This document shows, piece after piece, positions 18,607 through 27,607 of a stretch of DNA of 64,000 bases. Below the pieces are notes generated by a model. The model saw nothing but the letters and a program-made list of their open reading frames with translations. It did no database searches and had not been told where the DNA came from. The stretch covers positions 133,198 to 197,197 of the IMG/VR virus record IMGVR_UViG_3300036761_001580; one strand, written 5' to 3'. Position 1 is the stretch's first letter. Every line of letters starts with the position of its first letter. A program made the translations under genes and the position numbers. Source of the stretch: a virus.

Positions 18607-19340
18607 CCGCTCTGGTCGCCTTGCTGCAACCGGTAGTCCTCGCCGCCACCGACCTCGATCTGACGCAGGGAGCGTCCACCGATCACACCGTCAGGCCGGA
18701 TCTCCAGCACGGAGTCGAGCACCCCCTCGTAGAAAGACGAGAGGCTGCTCGGCGAATAGTTCGAAGTGAAGATCGTCGGGAGCCTGTAGTCCTGCCGGAA
18801 GTGCATGATCCGGTGCATCATCGTGAGCGCGATGTCCTTCTTCCACTGCGCGCTCCGCGACTCCGTACCGAGGTCGTCGACCACCAGGATCGTCGACTTC
18901 CAGGTCTCGTCATCCCAGCCCCGGCGCTCCTTCTCGCACATCTCGTGCATGTTCTCGAAAGCGTAGGTACGGCTGGGGCTGTAGTTCTCGGTCTTCGACA
19001 GCTCCCACAGGAGCACGTACACGAGGTAGTGCGCCAGAGTCGTCTTCCCGCGGCCATTCTCCTTCGAGAACAGGTACAGACCGAGACCCCGAGACAACAC
19101 CTCGAAGGGGTTGTTCACGAAGTAGGTCAGCTCGGTGGTACCCTGCTCGATGAGGGGCCACCGGTACTCCGGAGAACTCACGAGGTCCAGGGTCGACTCG
19201 TGGAAACCCCCGCGGGTCATCCGGTTGTACACCCGGAACTTGATGGCGCAAGTGCACAGGTCGTCACCGACATAGCCGGTGCCGGAGCACACAGGGCAGC
19301 TGCCCTGGATCCGCGCCTTCAATGGTGATCCGTCGCTCAT
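18594..19340 (-). CDS. DnaC/IstB-like AAA+ helicase loader
   Basis: Walker A ENGRGKTTLAHYL, Walker B ILVVDDLG. N-terminal CPVCSGTG..CTC zinc-binding-like segment. Start trimmed to the internal ATG (MSDGSPLK), which overlaps the upstream stop as ATGA. Confidence 0.7.
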   Translation of the reverse strand: MSDGSPLKARIQGSCPVCSGTGYVGDDLCTCAIKFRVYNRMTRGGFHESTLDLVSSPEYRWPLIEQGTTELTYFVNNPFEVLSRGLGLYLFSKENGRGKTTLAHYLVYVLLWELSKTENYSPSRTYAFENMHEMCEKERRGWDDETWKSTILVVDDLGTESRSAQWKKDIALTMMHRIMHFRQDYRLPTIFTSNYSPSSLSSFYEGVLDSVLEIRPDGVIGGRSLRQIEVGGGEDYRLQQGDQSGWPT

Positions 19341-20032
19341 TCTTCTGAGAGGTCCCTCAGCGAGATCGAGCACCCGACCGCGCCAGCTTCGAGCGCCCTC
19401 AACGATTTCCTCGACCAGCCCTCCAAGCGATCTTCCAGAGCCCGCAGCTCCTCGGGCATCATCCACGTCAGGTTCTTGCCCTCGGAAATCATCTGGAAGA
19501 GCTTCGCGATCTCCGGCTTGACTTCAGCGTGCAGAACCATCCCAACGTGGACCCGCCCGACCTCGTCGGAGTCGTCGTACAGAATCCCCTTGATCATCAG
19601 CCGGTCGTACACTGTCCAGCTGGCCGGAAACCGACGGTTGTTCTCCAGGGTGCACAGCTCCTCATCGATCTCCCGCATAGCCGCGAAGAACACGACCCTC
19701 TTCCAGTTACTCTGGCTGTCCTCCGGATTGATGTGCCCGCCGACGCCTATCGAGAACTTCTTGTTCAGCCGAGCCTCGTTCCCGCCCGAGCGCTCGTAGG
19801 TGAGGTAGCGCCCTTCAGAGGTGATCACCGTGTAGGGAATGACCTGCTTGTGCGTCGTGTCAGTCTCCGCCGAGGTGCGCGGTACGAAACAGGCCTTTCC
19901 CAGGGTAACCCAGAAGCAACGGATGCTGTTATCACACTGCGCGAACCCTGCGAACTCGGGCTTCGGAGGGAACTGCAACCCTTGAACAAAGGCCAAAGCC
20001 ACTTCGGGAACGACCCAGACCTCTTCGCTCAT
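19337..20032 (-). CDS. Nudix-family hydrolase
   Basis: Nudix-box-like GGHINPEDSQSNWKRVVFFAAMREIDEEL (G x5 E x7 REUxEE). Start trimmed to ATG 20032 (MSEEVWVV), overlapping the upstream stop as ATGA. Confidence 0.55.
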   Translation of the reverse strand: MSEEVWVVPEVALAFVQGLQFPPKPEFAGFAQCDNSIRCFWVTLGKACFVPRTSAETDTTHKQVIPYTVITSEGRYLTYERSGGNEARLNKKFSIGVGGHINPEDSQSNWKRVVFFAAMREIDEELCTLENNRRFPASWTVYDRLMIKGILYDDSDEVGRVHVGMVLHAEVKPEIAKLFQMISEGKNLTWMMPEELRALEDRLEGWSRKSLRALEAGAVGCSISLRDLSEE

Positions 20033-21186
20033 GGCTTCCTCCAATGGATGTCTTTCAGCCCCGTGTACTTCGAGATGTTGGTCCCACCCTCGTTCCAGAG
20101 CCCCAGGTACAAGCCCCACTTCGAATACTCCTCCCAGGTGGGCTCCGCGGACAACAACCGAGGATCGTCCCACTGCTTCTGGAAGAACTGGAAGTTCGAG
20201 GGCACGCAGCAGATGTTCAGGTACTTGTTCTGGGCGTAGTGCCGGCGTCCGCGGCGCTGCGTGCCGTCCTCGCGGTAGTAGTACCCATCCGCGGTGATGC
20301 ACACGATCTTCGAGGCATCGTCAGCATCCTCCGAGGAGGGTCTCCAGCCCTTCGGCAGGCAGTTGTCCTTGAACTGGCACCCCGTAGAGAGACCAAGGAA
20401 CCTGCGAAGGTCCCTCCAAGGGTCCCGCTGCATGGCCTTGATGGACTCCAAGTCGGGATCGAAACCGTTGGTGTTCAGAATCATGGAGATCAGAACCGTC
20501 GCGCCAGGGTCCTTCCGGTTCAAGAACTCTGCGCAGCGAGTGTACTTCACCTGGAGCCACTCGGCGGGTTCCACCCCGAGGCCTTTCAGGGCTGAAACCT
20601 TGTCCAGTACGCGGTGGTAGAGCACCAGGTACTTGGTGGGCGAGCCCTTCGCGCCTCTGGGGACCTGATCGGTGGCTACGAAACCGTTCAAAGGCAACCC
20701 AAGGTCACGCTTCCCCTGGACCTGGAGGTTGACGAACTCCATCATGAAGGTGGCGACCGTGTCGAAGGCCTCTCTGGAGCCGGCGGCAGCCCGGAGCTTC
20801 CGAAACCAGCTCAGTCTGCTGTTCTGAAAGACCAGGAGGGTCGGACGCTCCCACAGCTCGTACGCCGTCGTCAAGAACAGCAAGGTGAGGTAGCTCTTCC
20901 AGTTGATGCCCTCCTCTTCCATCAAGTGGAAGAAGCTCCGGAAGCTCTCCTTGCGGAAGCGCAGGAGCCTGTAAGGATCCTGGTCGTGCCAAGGCCTCAT
21001 GAGCCCTGTGTAGCCCCGGTACGTCCAGATCTGCCGCGAGAGGTCGATGAGTTCCGCGTAAAAAGGCTCCGGATCCAGCTGATTTTCACTATTGAAATAA
21101 ATCGGCTTCAGGTGTTGGTCTTCCGGCTGGGGTATGGACCCCCTTGTCAACTCCGCCTTGACCATCTGGTTCAGAAAGTCGTTCAT
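20029..21186 (-). CDS. hypothetical protein, 385 aa (function unknown)
   Basis: Clean 385-aa ORF with no recognisable catalytic motif. Flanked by the Nudix and SNF2 genes with overlapping stop/start codons. Confidence 0.55.
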   Translation of the reverse strand: MNDFLNQMVKAELTRGSIPQPEDQHLKPIYFNSENQLDPEPFYAELIDLSRQIWTYRGYTGLMRPWHDQDPYRLLRFRKESFRSFFHLMEEEGINWKSYLTLLFLTTAYELWERPTLLVFQNSRLSWFRKLRAAAGSREAFDTVATFMMEFVNLQVQGKRDLGLPLNGFVATDQVPRGAKGSPTKYLVLYHRVLDKVSALKGLGVEPAEWLQVKYTRCAEFLNRKDPGATVLISMILNTNGFDPDLESIKAMQRDPWRDLRRFLGLSTGCQFKDNCLPKGWRPSSEDADDASKIVCITADGYYYREDGTQRRGRRHYAQNKYLNICCVPSNFQFFQKQWDDPRLLSAEPTWEEYSKWGLYLGLWNEGGTNISKYTGLKDIHWRKP

Positions 21187-22994
21187 GCCACCTTCCCGAG
21201 ATACCGCAGTATGTCAGATCTACCGAGACGGATCAACTTTTCATCCGAGACAGTCACGGCATCGACAAGGTTCTGTTTTCGTATGGAATTTTCCCGGATC
21301 AGCACATCTATCGAGTTGACCACATCCAAGAAAATGACCGTAGCAGGCTTGGACCGAATGAAATCCAAACGAGTTCTCTTTTCAGCGGCAACTCGACGAT
21401 GAATTCGGTCCAGAGACTGCTTCAAATGAGTAAATGAGTGGGGTCTGTCCAAATAAATGGCGGTACGAGCCCTCGCCAGGAAGTCGACCCCGGTGCCGGC
21501 CTTCGCCGGGATGCAGACAGCCACCCGGGGGCGCTCGGAGTCTTCGAACTGCTGCTTGATGCGCGCGAGTGCAACGTTATCCACACCCCCGTATATCTTC
21601 ACAGCTCCGTAAAGGTCGTTGTAGCGTTCGTACAGCAGGTCGACCGCGGGGCGGAACTCCGTCCAGAGCACGACCTTGGCCTCCGGATCGGCCAAGACCT
21701 CTTCCAGGAGGGTGTCGCACTCCGAGTACTTCGCCGAGTCACCCTTCTCATCCAGAATCGAGGGGTGGTTCATGAGCTGGCGGAGCCTGAGCATCCGATT
21801 AGAGCTGAACAGCTGTTCCATGTTGATCTGGCTGTCCTGTGGAAGGTCCCGAATGACCTCTCCGCAGAGTGCCTGATAGAGCTTGAGCTGCCGGCCTTCG
21901 AGCACAACATCGCGGATCATGAAGACGCGGTCCGGGAATCCAACCATGTCCTCCTTGGAACGCCGGATGGAGACCGCCTCCAGAAGCTCCTTCAGCTCGT
22001 CGAGGTTCTTGTAACCCACGACCTTGAGGTGCTTCCCCTTCTCCCCGTAGTTGATCTCCTGCTTCACGACGAAGTGGTCCTCGAAGCGCGTGATGTGCGG
22101 GATGTAGTCGTACGAGAGCACCTTCAGCGCCACATAGGCGTTCAGGGGGCTCTCGCTGATCGGGGTTCCAGTCATGATGATGGCCCGGGGCCGCTTTCCT
22201 GCTCGGTCCCGGGTGTCGTTCAAAAGCGATAGAACACATTGCGTTCTTTTCGTATCCAGATTCTTAAATTGGTGAAATTCGTCAACAATTATCATGTCCC
22301 ACGTCATGCCCATGATGAGGTTCAGGATCATGCCCCCGACGCTGGAGTTCTTCGCCCCGATGATGTTCTCGGGGTGGGTCATCATGATGTCCCAAGGCGT
22401 ATTCATGTTCGCCTTGATGAACTCCAGCGCCTGCTGCCGGCCACTCGGTACCGGAAGCCCCTTCAGGTGCGTATGCTCCTGGATCTCTTGAGCGAAGCCG
22501 ATCTGGACCGTGTAGGGGCTGACGAGGAGGGTTCTCCGAATCGCGGATCCCAGAAATACAACGGATGCCAATGCTTCCATGGATTTTCCGATACCCATTT
22601 CGTCAAAGATCCCCACTCTTCGATTATTTGCAGCGTATGCAACAGCCGTGTACTGATCCTCGTAAGGAGGCGTCTTCAACTTGGGGGTCAAGATGGAGCG
22701 GACGTGCTCGTTGTTGACCCCCTTCTTGATCTGTTCGTTTCTCTCCCTCTGAGAGTGAATCCACGAGACGAACTGGAAGGCATCTTCGGTGACGTTCCTG
22801 CCCTCGACCAGCCCGCTGTAGTCCAGGGCGCGTCGGAGCCTCTGGAGGTCGTTGTAGGAGATCGACCAGGTGCAGTCGTCGATGGCCCTGGCGGACAGCA
22901 GGGACTGGATAATCAGGCACATGTTCGTGTACGCCGGATGGCGCATGTCCAGCTGCGCGCAGATCTTGCGGTCCTTGAGAAGGATCGTGATCAA
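21183..22994 (-). CDS. SNF2-family (DEAD-like) helicase
   Basis: Motif I FDEMGIGKSMEA, motif II IIVDEFHQFKN (SNF2-type DExH followed by KN), C-terminal helicase domain ..GTGVDFLARARTAIYLDRPHS. Confidence 0.75.
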   Translation of the reverse strand: MITILLKDRKICAQLDMRHPAYTNMCLIIQSLLSARAIDDCTWSISYNDLQRLRRALDYSGLVEGRNVTEDAFQFVSWIHSQRERNEQIKKGVNNEHVRSILTPKLKTPPYEDQYTAVAYAANNRRVGIFDEMGIGKSMEALASVVFLGSAIRRTLLVSPYTVQIGFAQEIQEHTHLKGLPVPSGRQQALEFIKANMNTPWDIMMTHPENIIGAKNSSVGGMILNLIMGMTWDMIIVDEFHQFKNLDTKRTQCVLSLLNDTRDRAGKRPRAIIMTGTPISESPLNAYVALKVLSYDYIPHITRFEDHFVVKQEINYGEKGKHLKVVGYKNLDELKELLEAVSIRRSKEDMVGFPDRVFMIRDVVLEGRQLKLYQALCGEVIRDLPQDSQINMEQLFSSNRMLRLRQLMNHPSILDEKGDSAKYSECDTLLEEVLADPEAKVVLWTEFRPAVDLLYERYNDLYGAVKIYGGVDNVALARIKQQFEDSERPRVAVCIPAKAGTGVDFLARARTAIYLDRPHSFTHLKQSLDRIHRRVAAEKRTRLDFIRSKPATVIFLDVVNSIDVLIRENSIRKQNLVDAVTVSDEKLIRLGRSDILRYLGKVA

Positions 22995-23425
22995 AAGTCC
23001 TCCTGCTCCATGAAGTCTTCGAGTTCCGCGGCCCGCTTGTCCTGCTCCGACACGGACGCGATCTCCACGAGCCGGCCCTTCAGCAACGGGTACCCGCGGT
23101 GGCCGACCCCTGGCACCACGATCTCACGGACAGAGACGTTCTCCCGCACCGAGTACAGGGTGTCGAAGGTACGCTTCTCATCGGTGCCGACCTTCGCGAT
23201 GGAGGTCTTGACGGAAAGTCGGATAGTATCCTCATTTCCGACATGACCCTGCCAGAGGTACCACAGCGACCCCTTCGCGGACTCCGCCTTGGAGGTGATG
23301 TAACGACCACCCTCCTTGAGAGTCGTCCAGGAGCACTCGACGTCGTTCACCCAGACCTGGACGAGCTGCCCGTCCCGGCTGCGGTTCGAGATCTTGCGGT
23401 ACCCTATCTGGGCGATGATCTTCAT
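22991..23425 (-). CDS. hypothetical protein (~145 aa, start trimmed)
   Basis: Track ORF 22991..23533, trimmed to the internal M (MKIIAQIGYRK) directly after the upstream stop. Confidence 0.4.
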   Translation of the reverse strand: MKIIAQIGYRKISNRSRDGQLVQVWVNDVECSWTTLKEGGRYITSKAESAKGSLWYLWQGHVGNEDTIRLSVKTSIAKVGTDEKRTFDTLYSVRENVSVREIVVPGVGHRGYPLLKGRLVEIASVSEQDKRAAELEDFMEQEDF

Positions 23426-24135
23426 CGTTTCGCATCGACCTCTTGCACGAGCTTCATCCACTCCTGGTCCTCGGAGTGCTCTGGCTCCGAGAGCTTCTCC
23501 TTCTTGGTCGGCGGCAGGTTGTACTCCATCCACCGCATCACGAGGTCCGGCACCGACTTGGAGATGGGCACCCCTGTGAGCGTGGTGATCCCCTTGGGAG
23601 AGAACTCACGGGCCTTGAACTTGTTGTAGAGCTTCACCGGGTGGACACCGAACTGGAGCAGCATCGAGATGGCGATGGCCCAGCAGTTCGCGAAGCCGTT
23701 CATCTCGTGACCGGACTTGCCCATCTCTATGAACACCTCACCGGGGGTGCCGTCGTCGTACACGCTCACGGTGAAGTAGCCCTCCACGTTGACGATCTCC
23801 CCGTCATCAGACTGGCTCGCCAGGCTGAACTTGCAGGTGCGGCTCTTCCGCTCGTCCGCCAAGTGGTAGCGAACCGGATTCGGCTTCCCCTGAGGGGAGG
23901 TGCCGTAGGGGGGCGGGCTGTAGTCTACAGGAACCGCCTCAGGTGGAGGCTCTTCCACTTTCACGTCAGAAGCTACCACCACCGCAGTAACAAGCTCCGC
24001 GGCGGGCTCCGCCTCCTTCTTCTCTGGAGGGGGCCAAAGTCTGACCTCATCACGGTTGGCAGGTTCCTCTTTGATGAGCATGGAACCGCTGTTCCAGATG
24101 TTGGTACCTTTGGGGGATTCTGAAGGTTCTGTCAT
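23422..24135 (-). CDS. TSCPD-domain protein (domain otherwise found at the C-terminus of class II ribonucleotide reductases)
   Basis: GEVFIEMGKSGHEMNGFANCWAIAISMLLQFGVHPVKLYNKFK...TGVPISKSVPDLV matches the TSCPD pattern (EvFinvGKaGsCasa..A..liS.aLr.Gv...SCPDai). N-terminal Pro/Glu-rich linker. Start trimmed to MTEPSESPKG. Confidence 0.5.
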   Translation of the reverse strand: MTEPSESPKGTNIWNSGSMLIKEEPANRDEVRLWPPPEKKEAEPAAELVTAVVVASDVKVEEPPPEAVPVDYSPPPYGTSPQGKPNPVRYHLADERKSRTCKFSLASQSDDGEIVNVEGYFTVSVYDDGTPGEVFIEMGKSGHEMNGFANCWAIAISMLLQFGVHPVKLYNKFKAREFSPKGITTLTGVPISKSVPDLVMRWMEYNLPPTKKEKLSEPEHSEDQEWMKLVQEVDAKR

Positions 24136-25679
24136 CTTGTCGTCCTTTTCGCTAAGAAGTCGTGAACCACCGTGGCAGCGTACCCCACGTCTCGGTCGTT
24201 CTGGGTCGACCGACACGCGGCCGACGGGTGCAGGCTGATGGCGACGTAGGCCTCAACAGGCCCTATGAGACCTTCAGGATTTTCCAGGATCTCTCCGCAG
24301 TGCTTCGTGACCCTACTCCTGTACGGAGTTACAGCCATCATCGCCTCGTTGCCGAAGGCGATGATCAGCTTGGGCTTCAAGAGGTCGATTTCGGCTCTCA
24401 GGTACGGCAGGCACGCCTTGATCTCAGGGTAGGTCGGTGGACGGTCGTCCTGGGAGTAGCACTTGCAGGTGTTCGTGATCCAGCACTCCCGCCGGTCGAT
24501 GCCGGCCTCCTCCAGGAACTGGTTCAAACGGCCTCCGGCAGGTGCCCCGGGGAAGAACGGCTGGCCGTACCGCCGCTCCTGAAGCCCGGGGTTCCTCCCG
24601 AGGATCATGATCTGCCGGTCGGACGAGCCCTCAGGGTAGGTCGGGCCCTCCGGATCGCAGTCCTGCCTCAAAGGGCACCGGTTGCACTGCGAGATCGCCA
24701 AGTCGACCTCTCCCAGAGAGGCCCAGGACCGATTCTGGCCGCTGTTCTGCTCCATGCACGCCACCATGCCCGTCAGGTCCGAAGAATAGGCTGGGAGCCG
24801 CCCTGCGTTCGTGAGGAACGTAGGCCCGATCCGCTCCGACAACACCTGCGACCGAAAAGCGTCCCTCGACAGCGGAACCGTGAGGCTTTCGACGAGGAGC
24901 TGGTGCTCTTCCTCCGAGAGGCACTCGGCAGCCTCTCGCAAGGTCGGCAGCTTCACGAGCCTGTACATCTCCGCGACGAATTCACCCTCAGGGAGGATCC
25001 GGGCGGTCGTCTTCCGCTTCTCCAAGAACTCCACATTCTCAGGGCTCAGGATCTCCCCGAGGCTGCCGAACTTCTTCAACAGCTTGGCCGCGGTCTTCTC
25101 TCCGACCTGCTTCACCCCGGGAAGGTTGTCGGAGGGGTCCCCGACGAGAGCCTTGAAGTCGGCGATCCTGTCCGGAGGCACGCCGAGGTCCTCCTCGACG
25201 ACTCCCGGGGTGACGAGGAGCTGGCGCTGAGAGTCCCAAACGTTCAACTTGAAATCGACGAGCTGCCACAGGTCCCGGTCACCGGTCACGAGCACGATGT
25301 GCCAATCCCCCGGAAGGCTCTTGAAGTGGTCCGACAGCCAAGCAAGCGTGTCGTCCGCTTCGACACCGGAGACCAGCACCTGACGAACCCCCACCGAGGT
25401 CAGGTAACGCTGCACGAGGATCCCCTGCTCATTGAGAGCTTCGAGATCCAGGTCGCTGTCCCTCTTCTGCTGGAGGCGATGGGCCTTGTACTCCTCGTAC
25501 AGCTCGCTGCGCCACCGAGACTTTCCACGGTCCCAGCAGACGATCACATCGTCGGGTGCGAACTGGCTCAAGACCTCGAAGATGTAGGTCAGGATCTTGT
25601 TCGCGACCATCTCCATGGGACTGGAGTGCGCAGCGCGCCACAAGAACGGGTTTCCGTCGATGAGGAGGACTCGGGGCAC
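24132..25679 (-). CDS. fusion protein: N-terminal 5'-3' exonuclease/FEN (Pol I 5'-nuclease-like) + C-terminal family-4-type uracil-DNA glycosylase-like domain with Fe-S cysteines
   Basis: 5'-nuclease motifs LLIDGNPFLWRA, GVEADD, TGDRDLWQLV, H3TH GDPSDNLPGVKQVGEKTAAKLL. UDG-4-like motifs CNRCPL, ILGRNPG (motif A variant), GRLNQFLEEAGI, CWITNTCKC, IIAFGNEAMMAV, LHPSA (motif B). Confidence 0.75.
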   Translation of the reverse strand: MPRVLLIDGNPFLWRAAHSSPMEMVANKILTYIFEVLSQFAPDDVIVCWDRGKSRWRSELYEEYKAHRLQQKRDSDLDLEALNEQGILVQRYLTSVGVRQVLVSGVEADDTLAWLSDHFKSLPGDWHIVLVTGDRDLWQLVDFKLNVWDSQRQLLVTPGVVEEDLGVPPDRIADFKALVGDPSDNLPGVKQVGEKTAAKLLKKFGSLGEILSPENVEFLEKRKTTARILPEGEFVAEMYRLVKLPTLREAAECLSEEEHQLLVESLTVPLSRDAFRSQVLSERIGPTFLTNAGRLPAYSSDLTGMVACMEQNSGQNRSWASLGEVDLAISQCNRCPLRQDCDPEGPTYPEGSSDRQIMILGRNPGLQERRYGQPFFPGAPAGGRLNQFLEEAGIDRRECWITNTCKCYSQDDRPPTYPEIKACLPYLRAEIDLLKPKLIIAFGNEAMMAVTPYRSRVTKHCGEILENPEGLIGPVEAYVAISLHPSAACRSTQNDRDVGYAATVVHDFLAKRTTR

Positions 25680-25691
25680 GACGACCTCACA

Positions 25692-26858
25692 TTAGAGTTT
25701 GCGAATTGACAACTTCTTCTGCGGCTCGCCTTCCATCTTCGCGAGGAGCTTCTGAACCTCTTCCAGCTTCACGGCTCCCGGGGCGTTCCCGGCAGCAACG
25801 GACTCCTTGAAGCGTGCCCACTTCAACCTGTCGATCTTCAGAGTCAGGAGGTCGTCGTTCCCAGACTCCTGGCACCACTCGATGATCGAGGCCTCGTCCT
25901 GGAAGGAGGACTCGAAGTCGTCCGAGATCTGGGCCACGAAGCCTTCAGCCTCCAGGCAGCCCTCGGAACCGTACTTCTGGATGAAACCATTGAAGAACAC
26001 CTGGTACGCAGGATAGCGGGCATCGAAGTTCATCTGAGCACGACTGAGGGCCTCCTGAGCTTCGAGATAGGTGGAGGCTGTGGTCCCGAACAGGACCATG
26101 TCGTCCCTTTTCTGCTGCTCAGCCTCTTCGAGGCGTTTCTGCTCCTCGGCTGCGAGCCGCTGGCGCTCCTGCTCTTCCTGCTCGGCACGCACCTTCTCCG
26201 GATCCTCGACGGGCTCGGACTGCGCAGCGGTGCCCGGGATCGGCGGAGGACCGGCCGGTGGCACCGGAAACACCGAAGGGGCGACCTTCAGGATGTTCAC
26301 GGCACCGGAGAGCGCGTAGGCCTGCTGGACGGACCAAACCGAAGGATCCCCTTCGGCCCGGCAGAGGAGCATCACGTCCCCCGCGGATTCAGCCTTACTG
26401 AACACCTGTACGGTCAACTTCGAGACCGCTGCGCTGGTCCACGCACCTGTGACGGCATCCTGCCGCCATGTCGGGCCATCGAGCTGCAAGACAGAGCCCA
26501 CCGGGAGATCCAGATGGGTCGCAGGAGGGACCCCTGGAGGGGTGGCCGGTGGCACCGCCGCCACTTCCGACACCTGAGCAGCAGCTTCGGAAGCGGAAGC
26601 CTTCGACTTCCCCACCCGGGACGGCGGGGGTGTGGACTCGGGGACCTCCGGAGGCGGATCGGCCGCAGGAGGAGTCGAAGACTCGGCCACGGAAGCGTCC
26701 ACAGGGCCGTCCGTGGGCTTCTTCTTCCCCGAGTGCTTCGCCGTCATGTGCGTCTTCAGGTACCGGGGGCTCGTGAAACCCCCTTTTCCACAAATACTGC
26801 AAACGATCTCAGGGGCTGAACCTTCTGCGGGAGCGCCAGCGTTGGCTTCGTCCGACAT
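25692..26858 (-). CDS. C2H2 zinc-finger / coiled-coil protein (start trimmed to ATG 26858)
   Basis: MSDEANAG..CSICGKGGFTSPRYLKTHMTAKH (C2H2). Pro-rich linker. Charged coiled coil (QEEQERQRLAAEEQKRLEEAEQQKR). GGAGGA Shine-Dalgarno 5 nt upstream of ATG 26858. The track's TTG start at 26963 is probably an over-extension. Confidence 0.6.
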   Translation of the reverse strand: MSDEANAGAPAEGSAPEIVCSICGKGGFTSPRYLKTHMTAKHSGKKKPTDGPVDASVAESSTPPAADPPPEVPESTPPPSRVGKSKASASEAAAQVSEVAAVPPATPPGVPPATHLDLPVGSVLQLDGPTWRQDAVTGAWTSAAVSKLTVQVFSKAESAGDVMLLCRAEGDPSVWSVQQAYALSGAVNILKVAPSVFPVPPAGPPPIPGTAAQSEPVEDPEKVRAEQEEQERQRLAAEEQKRLEEAEQQKRDDMVLFGTTASTYLEAQEALSRAQMNFDARYPAYQVFFNGFIQKYGSEGCLEAEGFVAQISDDFESSFQDEASIIEWCQESGNDDLLTLKIDRLKWARFKESVAAGNAPGAVKLEEVQKLLAKMEGEPQKKLSIRKL

Positions 26859-26966
26859 CGAATCCTCCAGCGGCCAAATAGCCGAAAACGCACCAGAATT
26901 TCCTAGCGCGGGTTTGATGTGGTTGTCCTGCACCGCCTTAAAAGCACGTACAATGCGAAACAACCC

Positions 26967-26996
26967 ACCTTACGCTATAGGGCAGAGTTCTGTCAA
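26967..26996 (-). promoter_or_regulatory. candidate sigma70-type promoter (perfect -35 TTGACA, weak -10 TAAGGT, 18-nt spacer) upstream of gene 25692..26858
   Basis: Minus-strand read: cctgTTGACAgaactctgccctatagcgTAAGGTggg. Lies in the 160-nt non-coding gap. Confidence 0.3.
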
Positions 26997-27021
26997 CAGG
27001 AAAGGAGGAGGAAAAGATCGT

Positions 27022-27564
27022 CTAGGCGCAGTAATCGTCGGCACCGGAGACCACGATGCACTCACTTGGGCAGTTCTCTATGTCTTCAAGGAAGACACAC
27101 TCGCCGGTATCGAGGTCACACTCTCCGGTACCCTCGACCCATATGCGTAGAGCTGGGATACTCTCCGGGTAGCACTCGTTGTCGGGGGGATCATCACACA
27201 CGACACCATCGCAAATACTGTCCATGCAGTAATCGTCCCCGGGGGCCTCGATGCATTCGTAACCGCACGCAATCGTCTCGTATTCGTACTCGCAGGCATC
27301 CTCGATGCACGACGAAGATCCGGTGTACTCGAAGAGGTTCCCCTCCTCGTCACAGGTGTCCGGAGGTGGGTCCGTGCACCCGTCGGCGCAGTCCGTATCG
27401 TAGACCTCGTCGGTGTCCGTGTCGGAATCGGCATCCGAGTCGGAGTCGATGTCCGAATCGGAATCCCCTCCATCGACCCCCGCGTCCTCCTCGAAGAGAG
27501 GAGAACCATCTTCTGCACAGCCGGCGAACAGAACCAGAGCCATGACCAACAGCATCTTCTTCAT
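27022..27564 (-). CDS. secreted lipoprotein with Asp/Ser-rich repeat and Cys-rich acidic domain
   Basis: MKKMLLVMALVLFAGC (signal peptide + lipobox FAGC), then DSDSDIDSDSDADSDTDTDE, then a region with ~20 Cys and many Asp/Glu. Strong SD AGGGAGG upstream of ATG 27564. The track start 27603 was trimmed. Confidence 0.65.
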   Translation of the reverse strand: MKKMLLVMALVLFAGCAEDGSPLFEEDAGVDGGDSDSDIDSDSDADSDTDTDEVYDTDCADGCTDPPPDTCDEEGNLFEYTGSSSCIEDACEYEYETIACGYECIEAPGDDYCMDSICDGVVCDDPPDNECYPESIPALRIWVEGTGECDLDTGECVFLEDIENCPSECIVVSGADDYCA

Positions 27565-27607
27565 CTCGGGCCTCCCTTTGTTCAGCCAAGTCCCTCCTGG
27601 CACCTAT

